Of a stretch of DNA of 64,000 bases, positions 1-11,499 are shown piece by piece. The position numbers and the translations under genes were made by a program. How positions within the stretch are numbered: position 1 is the stretch's first letter; every line of letters starts with the position of its first letter. Below the pieces are notes generated by a model. The model had not been told where the DNA came from, ran no database searches, and saw only the letters and a program-made list of their open reading frames with translations. Source of the DNA: Salisapilia sapeloensis CBS 127946. Taxonomy: Eukaryota; Protista; Oomycota. The stretch covers positions 13,690 through 77,689 of the forward strand of contig JAADVB010000067.1 of NCBI GenBank assembly GCA_023334545.1, given 5' to 3'.

Positions 1-10
1 AGAAACTTTC

Positions 11-296
11 GTGGCTTCTTCAGAGGAAAAGTGTGCAAAGGAGTATGCCATGAGTTTGATTGACATGAGCGAAGTTGGAAGCAATTCCGAGTGTCAGTCT
101 TGCAAAAAGCGATTTGGTCCTCTACATAAGGCTTTTCTCTGCACTCTACGTGATGCATCAGTCTGTAAAACATGTTCTCCCCATCTACTTAACGGACGTC
201 ATTCCTAGACTGAAACTAGTGACCAAGAAGACTCGGCTCTGTCCTACTTGCAACCAAATTGTTAGTCAAGTCAGCTCGTACAAAGTTGCTCGATAA
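11..296 (+). pseudogene. Degenerate FYVE-like zinc finger fragment split across two frames
   Basis: CQSCKKRFGPLHKAFLC...VCKTCS in ORF 11..208 and RLCPTCNQIV in ORF 75..296 together give FYVE-like Cys spacing. The RRHHCR core is lost and a frameshift is needed. The 5' part may lie outside the window. Confidence 0.35.
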
Positions 297-749
297 GAAA
301 TCTGAGCTGGGCGATATAGAAAAGATGGCAGTAGGTCTACTGTTATAGAACTATCTAGGATCTCTCAGCTAACGGAAGATTCGAGCGATTTGCACGGTAA
401 AGAAACATGTGCTGGTGAAGTCTATGAATTAGGCCCGAATCAACGTAGCCCTTCGACGAAAGGCACACTGAGCGCATTCGCCTAGTTCACATCATCCAGC
501 AACACTGCTCAGATGATTGAACATGAAAGAAAATCCACGGAGCAAGATCTTGTGGTACAAAGTGGTCCCAATGATGAAGAGGAAGTGGCCACTCTAATTG
601 AAAAGATATGGAGGGGTAGCATTTCGGAACTTAGTTTAAATGATCAAGAACGTGATCGGCAATTGGTGTGGCTGAAGATGACGGAGCCAGGACTTCGTCA
701 GGATGACTAGATCACTGGCAGATCGAAAAGAGAAAAGTTTGGATGTTTA

Positions 750-1964
750 AATCGTAGTTCAATTGCATCAAAATTGATATTACGGGCGATAGACGTTGTT
801 AAGATTGACTTTGGCCATTATACCTTTATCTGTGGGGTTTCCCCGGTCTAGCTACTATTCATGTCTCGATATACCGAAATAAACTCCATCCAGCATCTTT
901 GTCTGTGGCTTTTGTCATTCGATAGTCGGTACTTTCGAGATTTGACTTATGGCTTCGGTTATGGTCTTTAGAGTGTGCTACTTTCCGTGTGTAATGGAGT
1001 TATTGTTGTGCAGGTTAAGCTTTATACAATAACTTTAGGTTTCGAGCATACACATTTTAAATAATTTATTTTTTGCATTAAAGTATTTATCATTTTGTGA
1101 ATGTGGGATATGCTCGTGCAAACGCTTTTGCCCGATGAATGAAGCTTCAAAACACCATTTGCAAGAAGTATCATGTGAAGATATATGTAAAATGTCTTTT
1201 TGGTCATGCGAAGATAATCATCGAAAGAATTTACACTTTCAAGCAAGTAAACAAATTATACATTTAGCAACGAATCCTGCTTATGTGAGCTTATTGGTTA
1301 GAAGATATTGCAAATGCAATTACTCTGTTGATTGCCTGAAAGCTTTTTTAAAGTTTTCAATTACTTGGCTTTGTTGCTCGATCATCAATCGCATCCACTT
1401 GCCTTGCTCAGTAGCTTTGTCCAGCTCAATCTTGTAGTCACTCGCAATTTCCTTCCATCGCTTTAGTGCTATAGTTGGATAGCCAGCTGAGTCCTGGTGA
1501 TTCTGTTTTCGGAGCTGGATAAGCTCATCTTCCAATTTTCGCGTCTCTTTTCTAAGATGCTCCAATTCAAGGACGTGAGGTCGCTTTTTATAAGGAGTTT
1601 TCAAAGACGTATTGCTCTGATTACGACTTTTTCGTTTACATGATGCCTTTTTGTTTGCTGAGCCTCTTGCCGTGCTTTTGGAGGTACTACGAGAAGCGGA
1701 TGAATTATCATTCACTCGCGGTTGTTTGACGTTAAGAGGCAGCGGGTCTGAAGTTGTTGAAATTTCATTCGAATCGGCAATTCTTGGGGTGCCGAATGGT
1801 AGTTCGAGAGGGGTAGCGAGTAGGGGGCCGTTTTCACAAGCAGATATATCGTCATCGTTGGCATTCATCATGAGTAGGTCTAAAACTTCAGTGTCCACAT
1901 CAGACAAGCCAAGGCTATCTTGGGAAATGTTGGATGGGGAAGCAGGGTATGCACGGTTATTCAT
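750..1964 (-). pseudogene. Basic/coiled-coil family protein (M96-like annotation in Phytophthora) with intact 5' ORF and decayed 3' part
   Basis: ORF 1964..1320: KKRPHVLELEHLRKETRKLEDEL and WKEIA...ELDKA, matching the 39209 and 54241 paralogues. A downstream broken frame near 860-900 reads DAGWSLFRYIET*, resembling KGWVVFRQEES of the full-length 54241 copy. Confidence 0.55.
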
Positions 1965-2616
1965 CTACTCTAGGAAGCAAATTTGCGAGTGCAGTAAACA
2001 TGAAAAGAACTCTTTGTAGCATTCATCTGCGGGTTGGACAGAATTGTGTCTATAAACAATAGATTGAATACATAGAATACTAAGCGGACCTGTTGGACAC
2101 TAAAGCGTTTCGTATCGTTTCTTGTGGGGATATACGTTGCCTTTTGTTTCATAGTTGAAGCACATTTGATCGATGAGCAACAAAACCACTACCATGCTGC
2201 TTCATGATACAGTACAATCGACATTTGAAATGGATAGTCATCCAATGTTATGTGTTTCGTGGCCATATGGGTAGATTGTGCACCTTACTGTAATACTACC
2301 GGATATATCCTTGCACAAGTCGTGGATTACTGCTTGGATCGTAAGTTTTCATCCTTTTGCAAAAGAAGTCGTGGACGAATGATAATCAGCTGATATGGTG
2401 ACAGTATCCATATCTACAGTGTATACGCATGACACGACAGATAGCTACATGTACATTCCACCCTTGATTAAGTGGCTCTTGCTACATTTTTAGATCGGAT
2501 AAGGTTTAGACTGAGCTCATTTCGCAAAGTGATCTACCAATGAGGCGACAGGTGAAGATATTTTCATCGCCACATAAGAAACCGAGACTCCGTGTGTACT
2601 CGTCCGTTCACGGTCA

Positions 2617-4580
2617 ATGGCAAGCTCAAGCCTTATTCATTCCTCTTTAGTCAATAGCTCTAGATCGGCTTCGACACATCGTAGACAGACATCTTCTGCT
2701 TCATACAACCAAATGGGTAAGCTTGTGTCTTTATGCCGTATGAAGGTGTAACCGCTTACCATATTTAAAACGTAGTACCTGTCCGTGTGCCGTTTTCATC
2801 AAGACAGACGAGAGCACCAACTGTACTGAGCAACAACAGCGACGATTTACCATCTTCAAACACTCGTCAAAGTAGCTTGCGTTCATCTGAGCTTCGATCC
2901 AGTTTGGCTCGCACGCATCCGCTAGGTGCTCCATCTAATCCATCGACGAGTAGTAGGGAACAAGTTTCGCTGCCAGAATCAGTTACTCCGGCTTATTCGA
3001 TCGAATCTAGTGGTGCTTTATCCCGATCTTCATCACGCCGTGTTATGGGAGCAAGTTCGTCAGTTGTAGCCCCTTCGCACACTTTACGCCAGAGCAGTCG
3101 GGTCGATAACTATGCATGTGAAGAGGGTGAGCAGAGTAACCAACTGTCGACACGAGACGAGTTGCCTCCATTGTCGAATAGCAGTCTTACCTTGAGTGTG
3201 CGATCACAATGCTCGAGTGATGCAATAACGTCTTCTAATGAGAAGCGAAATGAACGGGATTCACCAAAGGGATTAGTTGGACTACAGAACCTGGGAAATA
3301 CCTGGTACGTACAATCTACATTAATATGACATGCAAATACTGATAACTTGCGAATGGTGAACGTATAGCTATATGAACAGTTGTCTACAATGCATCAGCA
3401 ATCTTCCCTCACTTGTGGAATACTGCACATCTGACAGATACACTAATGATATCAATCCCAAGAGCGCATCGAAAGGGACATTAATGGGGTATGGATTTAC
3501 CACAGCATGTCACTATCTTATAATATGTGTTGATAGATTTTTTGTATTCATATAGGATCTTTGGAAACTTGCTGAAGACACTTTGGTCAAAGGATGGGCC
3601 TTCGTCAACACGACCGACGGATCTGAAATCGGCCATCGGGAAGGCGTCTCGTCGGTTTGCCAAGTACGATCAGCAAGACGCTCAAGAATTTCTTCGCTTC
3701 TTGCTCGATGAATTGCATGAAGATGTCAATCGGATTCGAGAGAAACCTGTATATAAAGAACTCAAAGATGAACCAGATGCAAGCGATCGTGACGTCTCAG
3801 AACAGTACTGGCAGAACTACATTGAACGCAACTCGAGCTTGTTCTCAGACCTATTTTGCGGTCAGCTCAAGTCTGAAATTCGATGCGCTACTTGCAATCA
3901 TCGATCCATTTGCTTTGACACGTTCTGGGATCTTTCGATTCCTTTGCCAAAGAAATCTAAAAGGCCAGGGATGAGAATGACAAGCACTTTGCAGTCACGT
4001 CGTCCGACGCCATCCATATCAGCGGGAAGTGACAGTGATAGGAGTTCATCGGCACTTGGCAGCACTCTCCAAGATTGTCTTCGCATGTACACTGAACAAG
4101 AATCATTAGAAGAAGATGACGGTTATTACTGCTCAAGGTGTAAGACGCATCGCGCCGTGTCCAAGCAGATTGCACTCTATAGATTACCTTCGGTTCTAGT
4201 GCTTCATTTAAAACGATTTTCCTACTCTACTTTCAGTCGAGACAAGGTTACGACAGCTATTAACATCCCAGTCAAATCTCTCGACCTCGCCGACTATTGT
4301 GCTCAAGATGCTATTATCGACACAGGGAGTCTGTATGACCTGACTGGAATTGTACATCACATGGGGACATTAAACGGTGGACACTATACAGCGTGCGTAC
4401 ACCACTAAATAATATTTGTATTTCCAGGTAAACTTACTTTGTATTTGCTACAGTGAATGCTTGAACAGTGATACGAACGACTGGTACGACTTTAACGATG
4501 CATCCGTATCTTGGGTCAAAACGCCGCACGTATCGAGTGGTAGCCCATATATTCTCTTCTACAAACGAAGGGAAGCATAA
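2617..4580 (+). CDS. Ubiquitin-specific protease (peptidase C19, USP2/21-like), 570 aa, 5 exons
   Basis: join(2617..2716,2776..3304,3369..3488,3556..4392,4454..4580), all GT-AG, 1713 nt in frame. Cys box GLQNLGNTCYMNS (assembled across an intron), QQDAQEF, His box HHMGTLNGGHY, WYDFND, YILFY. Confidence 0.93.
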
Positions 4581-4687
4581 TTACAGCATTGTCTAGTATC
4601 TTAAATTGTGCATAGTACTTGTGAGGCAATAGAAACCTTTCTTTGAATACATCGACACGGCATCTCCTTCCCAATATCTATACGCTT

Positions 4688-7600
4688 CTATGAAAATGAC
4701 CTCGCACTGTCCTCCGCTTCATTGAGTGCGCATCCTTTGTCCTGGATGGCCCTTGCACCCTGCCAAGCATTGCTCTCTATTTTGTTGCTATGCATAAACG
4801 CTGTTTTTCGTTTTCGCAGACTACTCCACGTAGCAAGCTGCCAAGCCTGGAGGCACGTTGTAAGAGTAACTTTCTCATATTCGCACAAAACTCGCGGCGA
4901 AGTATCTATTGCTTGTGCCCATCGCCAAAACGCTAAGCTTACATTCACATTATCTGCTGTGTATTGCCACAACGCATAAGCCACCTGTCTGCGCTTTGTA
5001 AGCTGTATGAATGCCTTCAAGATTCTACGTTTTAGTATTTCATTTTGCTTTCTTTCCAAACTCAGCATCTTCTGTTGGACATTGAAAGCGTTCTGCCACG
5101 CACTAAAAGCCTTGCGTCCTAGCGTCGACCACGTCAGACAAGCTTGAATACGGCTGCATTGCTTATTCTTGGTAATTGTGCGAAGCCACCCGTCCCACAC
5201 AGCTCGGTATTGGTAACTCTGGTGAAAAGAGATAGCTTTGTATGTTTCACATCGAATACGCAGAGTGCGTGTTACATGGATCTTCCATTTGCTCACGGAT
5301 CTTTTCGCAGCTGTGGTGTCATAGTGTGTTTGAGCTGAACGCTGGTTTGCTTTGATATGCCAGTGAGATACCAGTGCCTGCCATGACCTTTTAATAAGAC
5401 ACGTACGATACCGTTGGTCTGCAATGTAAACGACGCCTACTGTTTGGTATTCAAGTGCGTGGAAATAGGATTGAAGTGTTCGAGTGCGATGGTGGGCTAG
5501 TGCCAGTCGCAGTCGACAGCTTTCTTCCTGCTGTGCCTGCCAGGCCTTAAGTGAATGCAAAAGTAGCTTTGTGCTTCTCCGCTTTACGATAAGTTCTCGA
5601 GCTTCTGCATATCGCAGACATTTGGCTGACCAAATGTGTGAAAAGAAGTACTGCAGCTGTCGGTATCGATGCTTGGACGTGACAACTTGAGCACGCTGTT
5701 CCAAGCTGCGATAGATGCTCAAGTTTTGAACCCAAAGTAGCAGTGCATGCTTCGATAGAGCACGATGGAGGTGGCGAATGGCTTCATGCCGACATCGACT
5801 ATGTCTTATACGTGCCTTCCATGAAAGAATGACTGTTTCTAGTCTCCAAGTTATTTTCTTTTCCAAGCATGCTCTCCACATTTGAAGAGCACAAGACTGA
5901 AGTCTACCCTCATATCGTGAGGCAACCTCTTTCCGTCTAGATTCTAATTGTATGTTTTCATGTTTAAGATGCGGTATCCATCGACATCGTATACTTCTTT
6001 GAACAAAGTAATTCGTAGCTTCTTGCTGACGCTTTCTCTTTTCTTGTCGTGCTAATTTATATGTGCGCCATGTCTGAAAGCAAGAAGCTGTCCTAGCTCG
6101 CTTATGAAATGCTGCTTTCCGTTGATAAAAGTTTGCTATGCATCTGCTTGTAGCGGACAAGCTTCGCCACTGATTGATTCCATTGCATATCTGTCGACGG
6201 AGCTGATAATATGTGAAATCCTCTACCATGCATGTCAACCTAAGAGACCATTGAATCTCTAAAGTAAACGTCTTCCATATCCGTCGTAGTCTCCGCTCTT
6301 TTAACTTGCTTTGAAAGTATTTTATACGCTGCAATCTTGAAAATTCCAAGCACCATGGATCCCACGCATATGTGTGAAGAAGATAGCGCGAATGGATCTT
6401 TTCTACTTTCAGTTTATACAGGCGAGCTCGACAAGTTGATTTCGAGCGATATTGCCAATTGATGAGCCTCTGCTTTGCTGTCCATAATAAGAGCATTCGT
6501 TCTTGATAATGTAGATGCTCTACGTAGTCATGCCATCGCACCCATAGCCTTCTTTTATACAGTCGGAAGAGAATTTTCTACATTAAGGCATTTCAGAGGT
6601 CGATTTTAAGCGCATTGGAGAAAAATGGAGCTTACTTTCAGTTTGTGTTGCCGGTGGATGCGGCCTTCAAACTGTCTTTGCCAATATCGAAGAGCTCGAA
6701 GCGCCAGGTTGCGTTTATATAAATTCTCGACTAGCTTTCGTCCTTCATGATACCGTCGATACTGTAGGATCATTACAATCCATGAGTCGAACGTCCTAGC
6801 TAGTAAATGCTGGTTACTCCAGTTGATGGCAAATTTCACTTGTCTCTCGCCATCAGCGTAAGTATTCCAAGCATTAAATATAAAACGTAGTTGTTGCTGC
6901 TTTCTTTCGCTTATCCACTGCTCCAGGACATTTCGTTCGTTTCTACATATCTCGATAGCCATCTTAAGTCGACGAAATAGGAAAAACTTGAACGCATGCG
7001 TTGCCAATCCCATCTCGCGTAAGTAGTCGGCGTGTAAAAGGATAGACTTTCTCCAATAACGTAGGCCTCGAATGCACAATAGCCTTTGCTGCATGACGCG
7101 ATAGGCTTTGTACCGACGGCGAAAGATAGAGTACCATGCCCAAGAAACCAATATGGTCTGTAACTTCCTCCATCTAGCTCTGTTCTGAAGCGAGCGATAC
7201 CGATGACTAAATACACACCTACGCAGCCAAGTTTCCACAACGTATTCCAGCCACTTTTGTCTTTGTATGGATTGTAAGAGGACAGATTTGTCGTGCAATT
7301 CCCGTCGAGATCGAGAGTATAGTCCCCACGTCGATACCACCCGACCGCAAACTCTCTTCCGATGGAAGCCTTGTGCCATCAGCTTTATGCTGCTAGTTCT
7401 GATCTTGATCATAATACACAACTTCCACGCACTAAATACCGTCTGAAGAGTGTTTTTCCGTGAAGCTTGATCTGTGCACGAATCGTGCCGATTACTATCA
7501 CTTGGTATTCGAAAAAGCGGTAACGCTTCTCGCTTGTCATTATATAGATCTTGAGCCGAGTTTTTACCTCTTTTAGTTGACGGTATTGCATGGACATTTG

Positions 7601-7796
7601 GAATGTATATATTTGATAGCAGTGCATCCACCTTGGCAAGAGAGGAGGACCGTGTTGACACTTTCGATTTCTTATGCTTCAATACATTATTTCGTGATAC
7701 GTTTTCATCACGTTCATTACACAAGCTTTGCAATTCTTGTTTTGCATCAACCAATTCCTGCTCCAAACCGCTGAGGAGGTTCTGAAGTCTCGACAT
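4688..7796 (-). CDS. Sfi1-like centrin-binding repeat protein, about 1016 aa, 2 exons
   Basis: join(7796..6636,6577..4688), with a 58-nt GTAAG..TAG intron joining two ORFs in frame. Very basic, helical sequence with recurring L/F-x-x-W motifs (FIFNAW, RTFDSW, KAFSAW, CLQAW) as in Sfi1 repeats. Confidence 0.6.
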
Positions 7797-7890
7797 GGCA
7801 TCGAAGCAGATATCACCGTGTCGTTCTTTAAAGGTCGTGTTAGACGACCTCTCCTGTGATTCGCTCTAAGGACACCCAGCTCGAATTTGA

Positions 7891-7915
7891 TTCGCGGAAA
7901 AACTTTTGGCGCCAA
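7891..7915. promoter_or_regulatory. E2F-like elements in the short divergent promoter between Sfi1-like and MCM7
   Basis: TTTGGCGC at 7905-7912 inside palindrome TTGGCGCCAA (7906-7915), plus TTTCCGCG on the minus strand (7893-7900). E2F consensus is TTTSSCGC. Confidence 0.5.
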
Positions 7916-7947
7916 TTTTGACACTAAAATATATAAGCTCCGAGAGG

Positions 7948-10532
7948 ATGGATTATAGCGCTGGTCGACGCTCGTTTGGTGCATCGAGCACGAATAACTT
8001 CCCTACAACTAGTACAGGCAATGACTCTCAAGCCACTAGTGTGAATAACGGCGGTGGAAACACTGGACAGTCAGATTATGCCGAAGAAAGAGGTACGAAG
8101 CGTCTGCTTATGGACTAATTTCGATATACAACTCACTCCGGGCTTTGTCTAATAGAAAAATGTATCGACTTCCTAAGTACTTTTCAGTCCAGTCTAGACG
8201 ATCCGAATGACCAGCCAAAGTATCTTCGGATGATGGTAGACTCTTGTACATGTCAATAATTATATACACTCCAACCTGTTCATTGCGACGTAGCAAGAAG
8301 TCGCGAATCGAGAACGCATTGCCATTCCAATCGAACTGGATGATCTCCAAAATGTAAGACTTCTCCGTTTTTTATATACACCAATAACGTATGAAAATGA
8401 TATGTTCGTCCTAGCATGTCACGGATCCAGAATTTGTCCATCGAATTGCTCGAAACGCAAAGCGTTACATTGAGCTATTTTCCGAAGCTATCGACCGCAA
8501 CCTCCCTGCTCCGACACGTGACATTTCTCATGAGCAGGACGTATTAGACGTCCTTCGCCTCCAACGCGCAGAAGAGATGGCAGAGATGGAACAATCGAAT
8601 AACGGGACCACGAGCCAAACGACTCCAGCCGGGTCTGTCGCCAGCTCTGTCTTCCCTCCTCAACTCATGCGTCGATTCGAAGTGCAGCTCGTTCCGGACG
8701 TAAAAGCCAAGCCCGTACCGATTCGACAAGTCAAAGCAGGTCAAGTCGGACGACTCGTGCGTGTCAAAGGGATGGTCACACGCGTGTCGACAGTCAAGCC
8801 ACTGCTAACCGTCGCAACATACACATGTGAGGCATGTGCATACGAAGTGTATCAGGAAGTCAAGTCGCGGCAGTTCAATCCTGTGACCACCTGTCCAAGT
8901 GAACGCTGCCAGACGAACGGTCTGAGCGGTCGATTGATCCTCCAGCCGAAAGCTTCTAAATTCGACAAATTCCAAGAAGTTAAACTGCAGGAACTTCCGG
9001 ATCAAGTTCCGATGGGTCACATCCCGCGCTCCCTCTCGGTCGTGTTAAGAGGTGAGTTAACGAGATCCTGTGAGCCGGGTGCGTTGATCACCCTCGCCGG
9101 TGTCTTTTTACCTGTCCCTACGTCTGCCCAGCGACAGATGATGCTCGGTCTCGTGACAGAGACGTATTTAGAAGCAACGCACGTGATTAATCATAAGAAA
9201 CGATATGCTGCGATGGAATCGAGTGAAGAGATGGAAGACGCGGTCCTGACACTCCAGAGCCAAGGAAATGTCTATGAAACGTTATCTCAGTCCCTTGCAC
9301 CAGAGATCTTTGGCCATGAAGATATCAAAAAAGCGTTGCTACTGTTATTAATCGGTGGTGTCACGAAACGCATGGATGAAGGCATGACTGTGCGAGGCGA
9401 CTTGAACGTCTTGCTCATGGGTGACCCAGGTGTCGCCAAGTCCCAGCTACTGAAACACATCGCGACCATTGCACCTCGTGGCGTCTACACGACTGGTAAA
9501 GGAAGTTCCGGCGTCGGTCTCACAGCGGCGGTGGTGCGGGATACAACGACGAGAGAGATGACGCTGGAAGGTGGCGCACTCGTCTTGGCTGATCGAGGAG
9601 TCTGCTGCATCGATGAGTTCGACAAGATGGAGGACGGTGACCGGACGGCTATCCACGAGGTCATGGAGCAACAGACCGTCAGTATCGCCAAGGCAGGAAT
9701 TACCACGACGTTAAACGCACGCACGAGTGTCTTGGCTGCTGCGAATCCGCTCTACGGACGCTACAACAAGCGTCTATCAGCGTCGACCAACATCAATCTT
9801 CCGAATGCCTTGCTTTCTCGATTCGATCTCCTGTTCCTTCTCTTGGACGTTGCCAATTATGAGCAGGATGAAGCTCTCGCAAGACACGTCACGTACGTCC
9901 ATCGTTATGCACGAAACCCACCGATGCAAGTGACACCTGTTCCGGCTGAAGTACTCCGATACTTCATCGCCATTGCAAAGCAGTATGAACCTAGTGTCCC
10001 GGAGCACTTGTGTGGGTACATTGTCGAGGCATACGTGACGCTTCGACAGCAAGACGTACATGACCAGAGACGTCAGAACGGGAATAAGAAGAACTTTGGG
10101 AAGAGTCAAGAAGATGTGAATCAAGCGCAGACAGCCATGACCGCTCGACAGTTGCTCAGTATCTTGCGACTGTCCCAGGCGTTGGCGAGACTTCGATTCG
10201 CGACGGAAGTCGTGCATCAGGATGTGGATGAAGCGATTCGACTCGTGTATGTTTCCAAGAACTCCTTGTCGGATCCAGAGGATGGAAATGGAGGATCAGG
10301 AGATGCTGTCCGGAGTCGAAGTGGAGCAGACGCAACGTCCAGAATCTATCGTCTCGTGCTGGAATTTGCTGAAGACCATCGGACGAGGTCCATTCCGTTG
10401 AATGATGTCGAGCCAGCAGTCTTGCGGAAAGGATTTACACAGCAGCAACTACGCGAGTGTATTCGATTCTATGAACGACTGGAAGTCATGCAGCTGAATG
10501 CTACGGGGACTACACTCAACTTGATCGATTAA
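7948..10532 (+). CDS. MCM7: DNA replication licensing factor MCM7, 800 aa, 4 exons
   Basis: join(7948..8092,8156..8235,8294..8353,8415..10532), 2403 nt in frame. Zn finger CEAC..CPSERC, Walker A GDPGVAKSQ, Walker B CCIDEFDK, arginine finger SRFD. MCM7-type IELDDL and TARQLLSILRLS. Confidence 0.95.
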
Positions 10533-10738
10533 TACATTCCCCCTTCCATCTCTTCTATCTGCTACTCGTGTCGATCGAAAGAGTAGTACTATCTCCATCT
10601 CTATACTTGTATGCATCAACCATCTCTTCAACCTCTATCCGACTCTCTCAGAGAAGGATGGGCATAATAGACAAGAGTTTGATGAGCATGTAGCAGTAGG
10701 AAGAATGGTACGAATCCCTCTAGACTGTATTGATTGAC

Positions 10739-11251
10739 TTATCGGAACCAGAGCTTTAGACGGAAGGCATCGTTTCCGTTCAAGTAATACCGGAACAACC
10801 GTTCGTCTCGAACGAATCCCAAATTCTCGTACAGCCGAATGGCCCCCTTATTGGACGTCTCGGTCTCCAACGACACTTCTTCGCATCCTTCGGTATGATA
10901 CAAAAGCTCGACTGCCTTGCGCACGAGATCGGAGCCGATGCCTCGCTGTCGGAATTTGTTGTCCACTGCTAGCATCGCAATGTACCCTCTCATCTTGCCT
11001 TTCGAGTCCGCAGCATCATTCTTCCCCGTCGGTTCGTGCTCCCCTCGTGCCAACGGTTCCAATCTGCAGACGATTGCACCAATCAGTTTGTTTTTCACGC
11101 GTGCCAAGACACATAGTTCCGGCCAATTGAAGAGAAAGTATCGATACGTAAACACCGAGTACGGTTCCGACAAATCTTTATCAATAAGTTTCACGAGCTC
11201 TGGCAGTTCATGCTCGCCATGATACGCCCCAAAGTCGACCGGATCATCCAT
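10739..11251 (-). CDS. NAA30: N-terminal acetyltransferase NatC catalytic subunit (Mak3/Naa30), 170 aa
   Basis: [28 protein letters not shown] acetyl-CoA motif, [29 protein letters not shown]. Confidence 0.93.
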   Translation of the reverse strand: MDDPVDFGAYHGEHELPELVKLIDKDLSEPYSVFTYRYFLFNWPELCVLARVKNKLIGAIVCRLEPLARGEHEPTGKNDAADSKGKMRGYIAMLAVDNKFRQRGIGSDLVRKAVELLYHTEGCEEVSLETETSNKGAIRLYENLGFVRDERLFRYYLNGNDAFRLKLWFR

Positions 11252-11499
11252 ATTTGCTGATCCACTCGCGTGCCATCTGCGTCAAAAGTCCTCTTCTCGC
11301 AACGTCCGACCATTGCGAAATCAGAGCTTTAGCCAATCGCCAGTCGATTTTCGCAACTTCAATTACAGGCATACAAAGACCAAGTCAATTGCATCCTAGG
11401 CAGTTTGGCTGGACGAGAGCTCTCCGGTCTCTTGATCCGCCACGCATCCGTGCCCAGCCATTCCCCATCTTGCCTTCTAGCGCAGAAAAGTTAAAGAAA

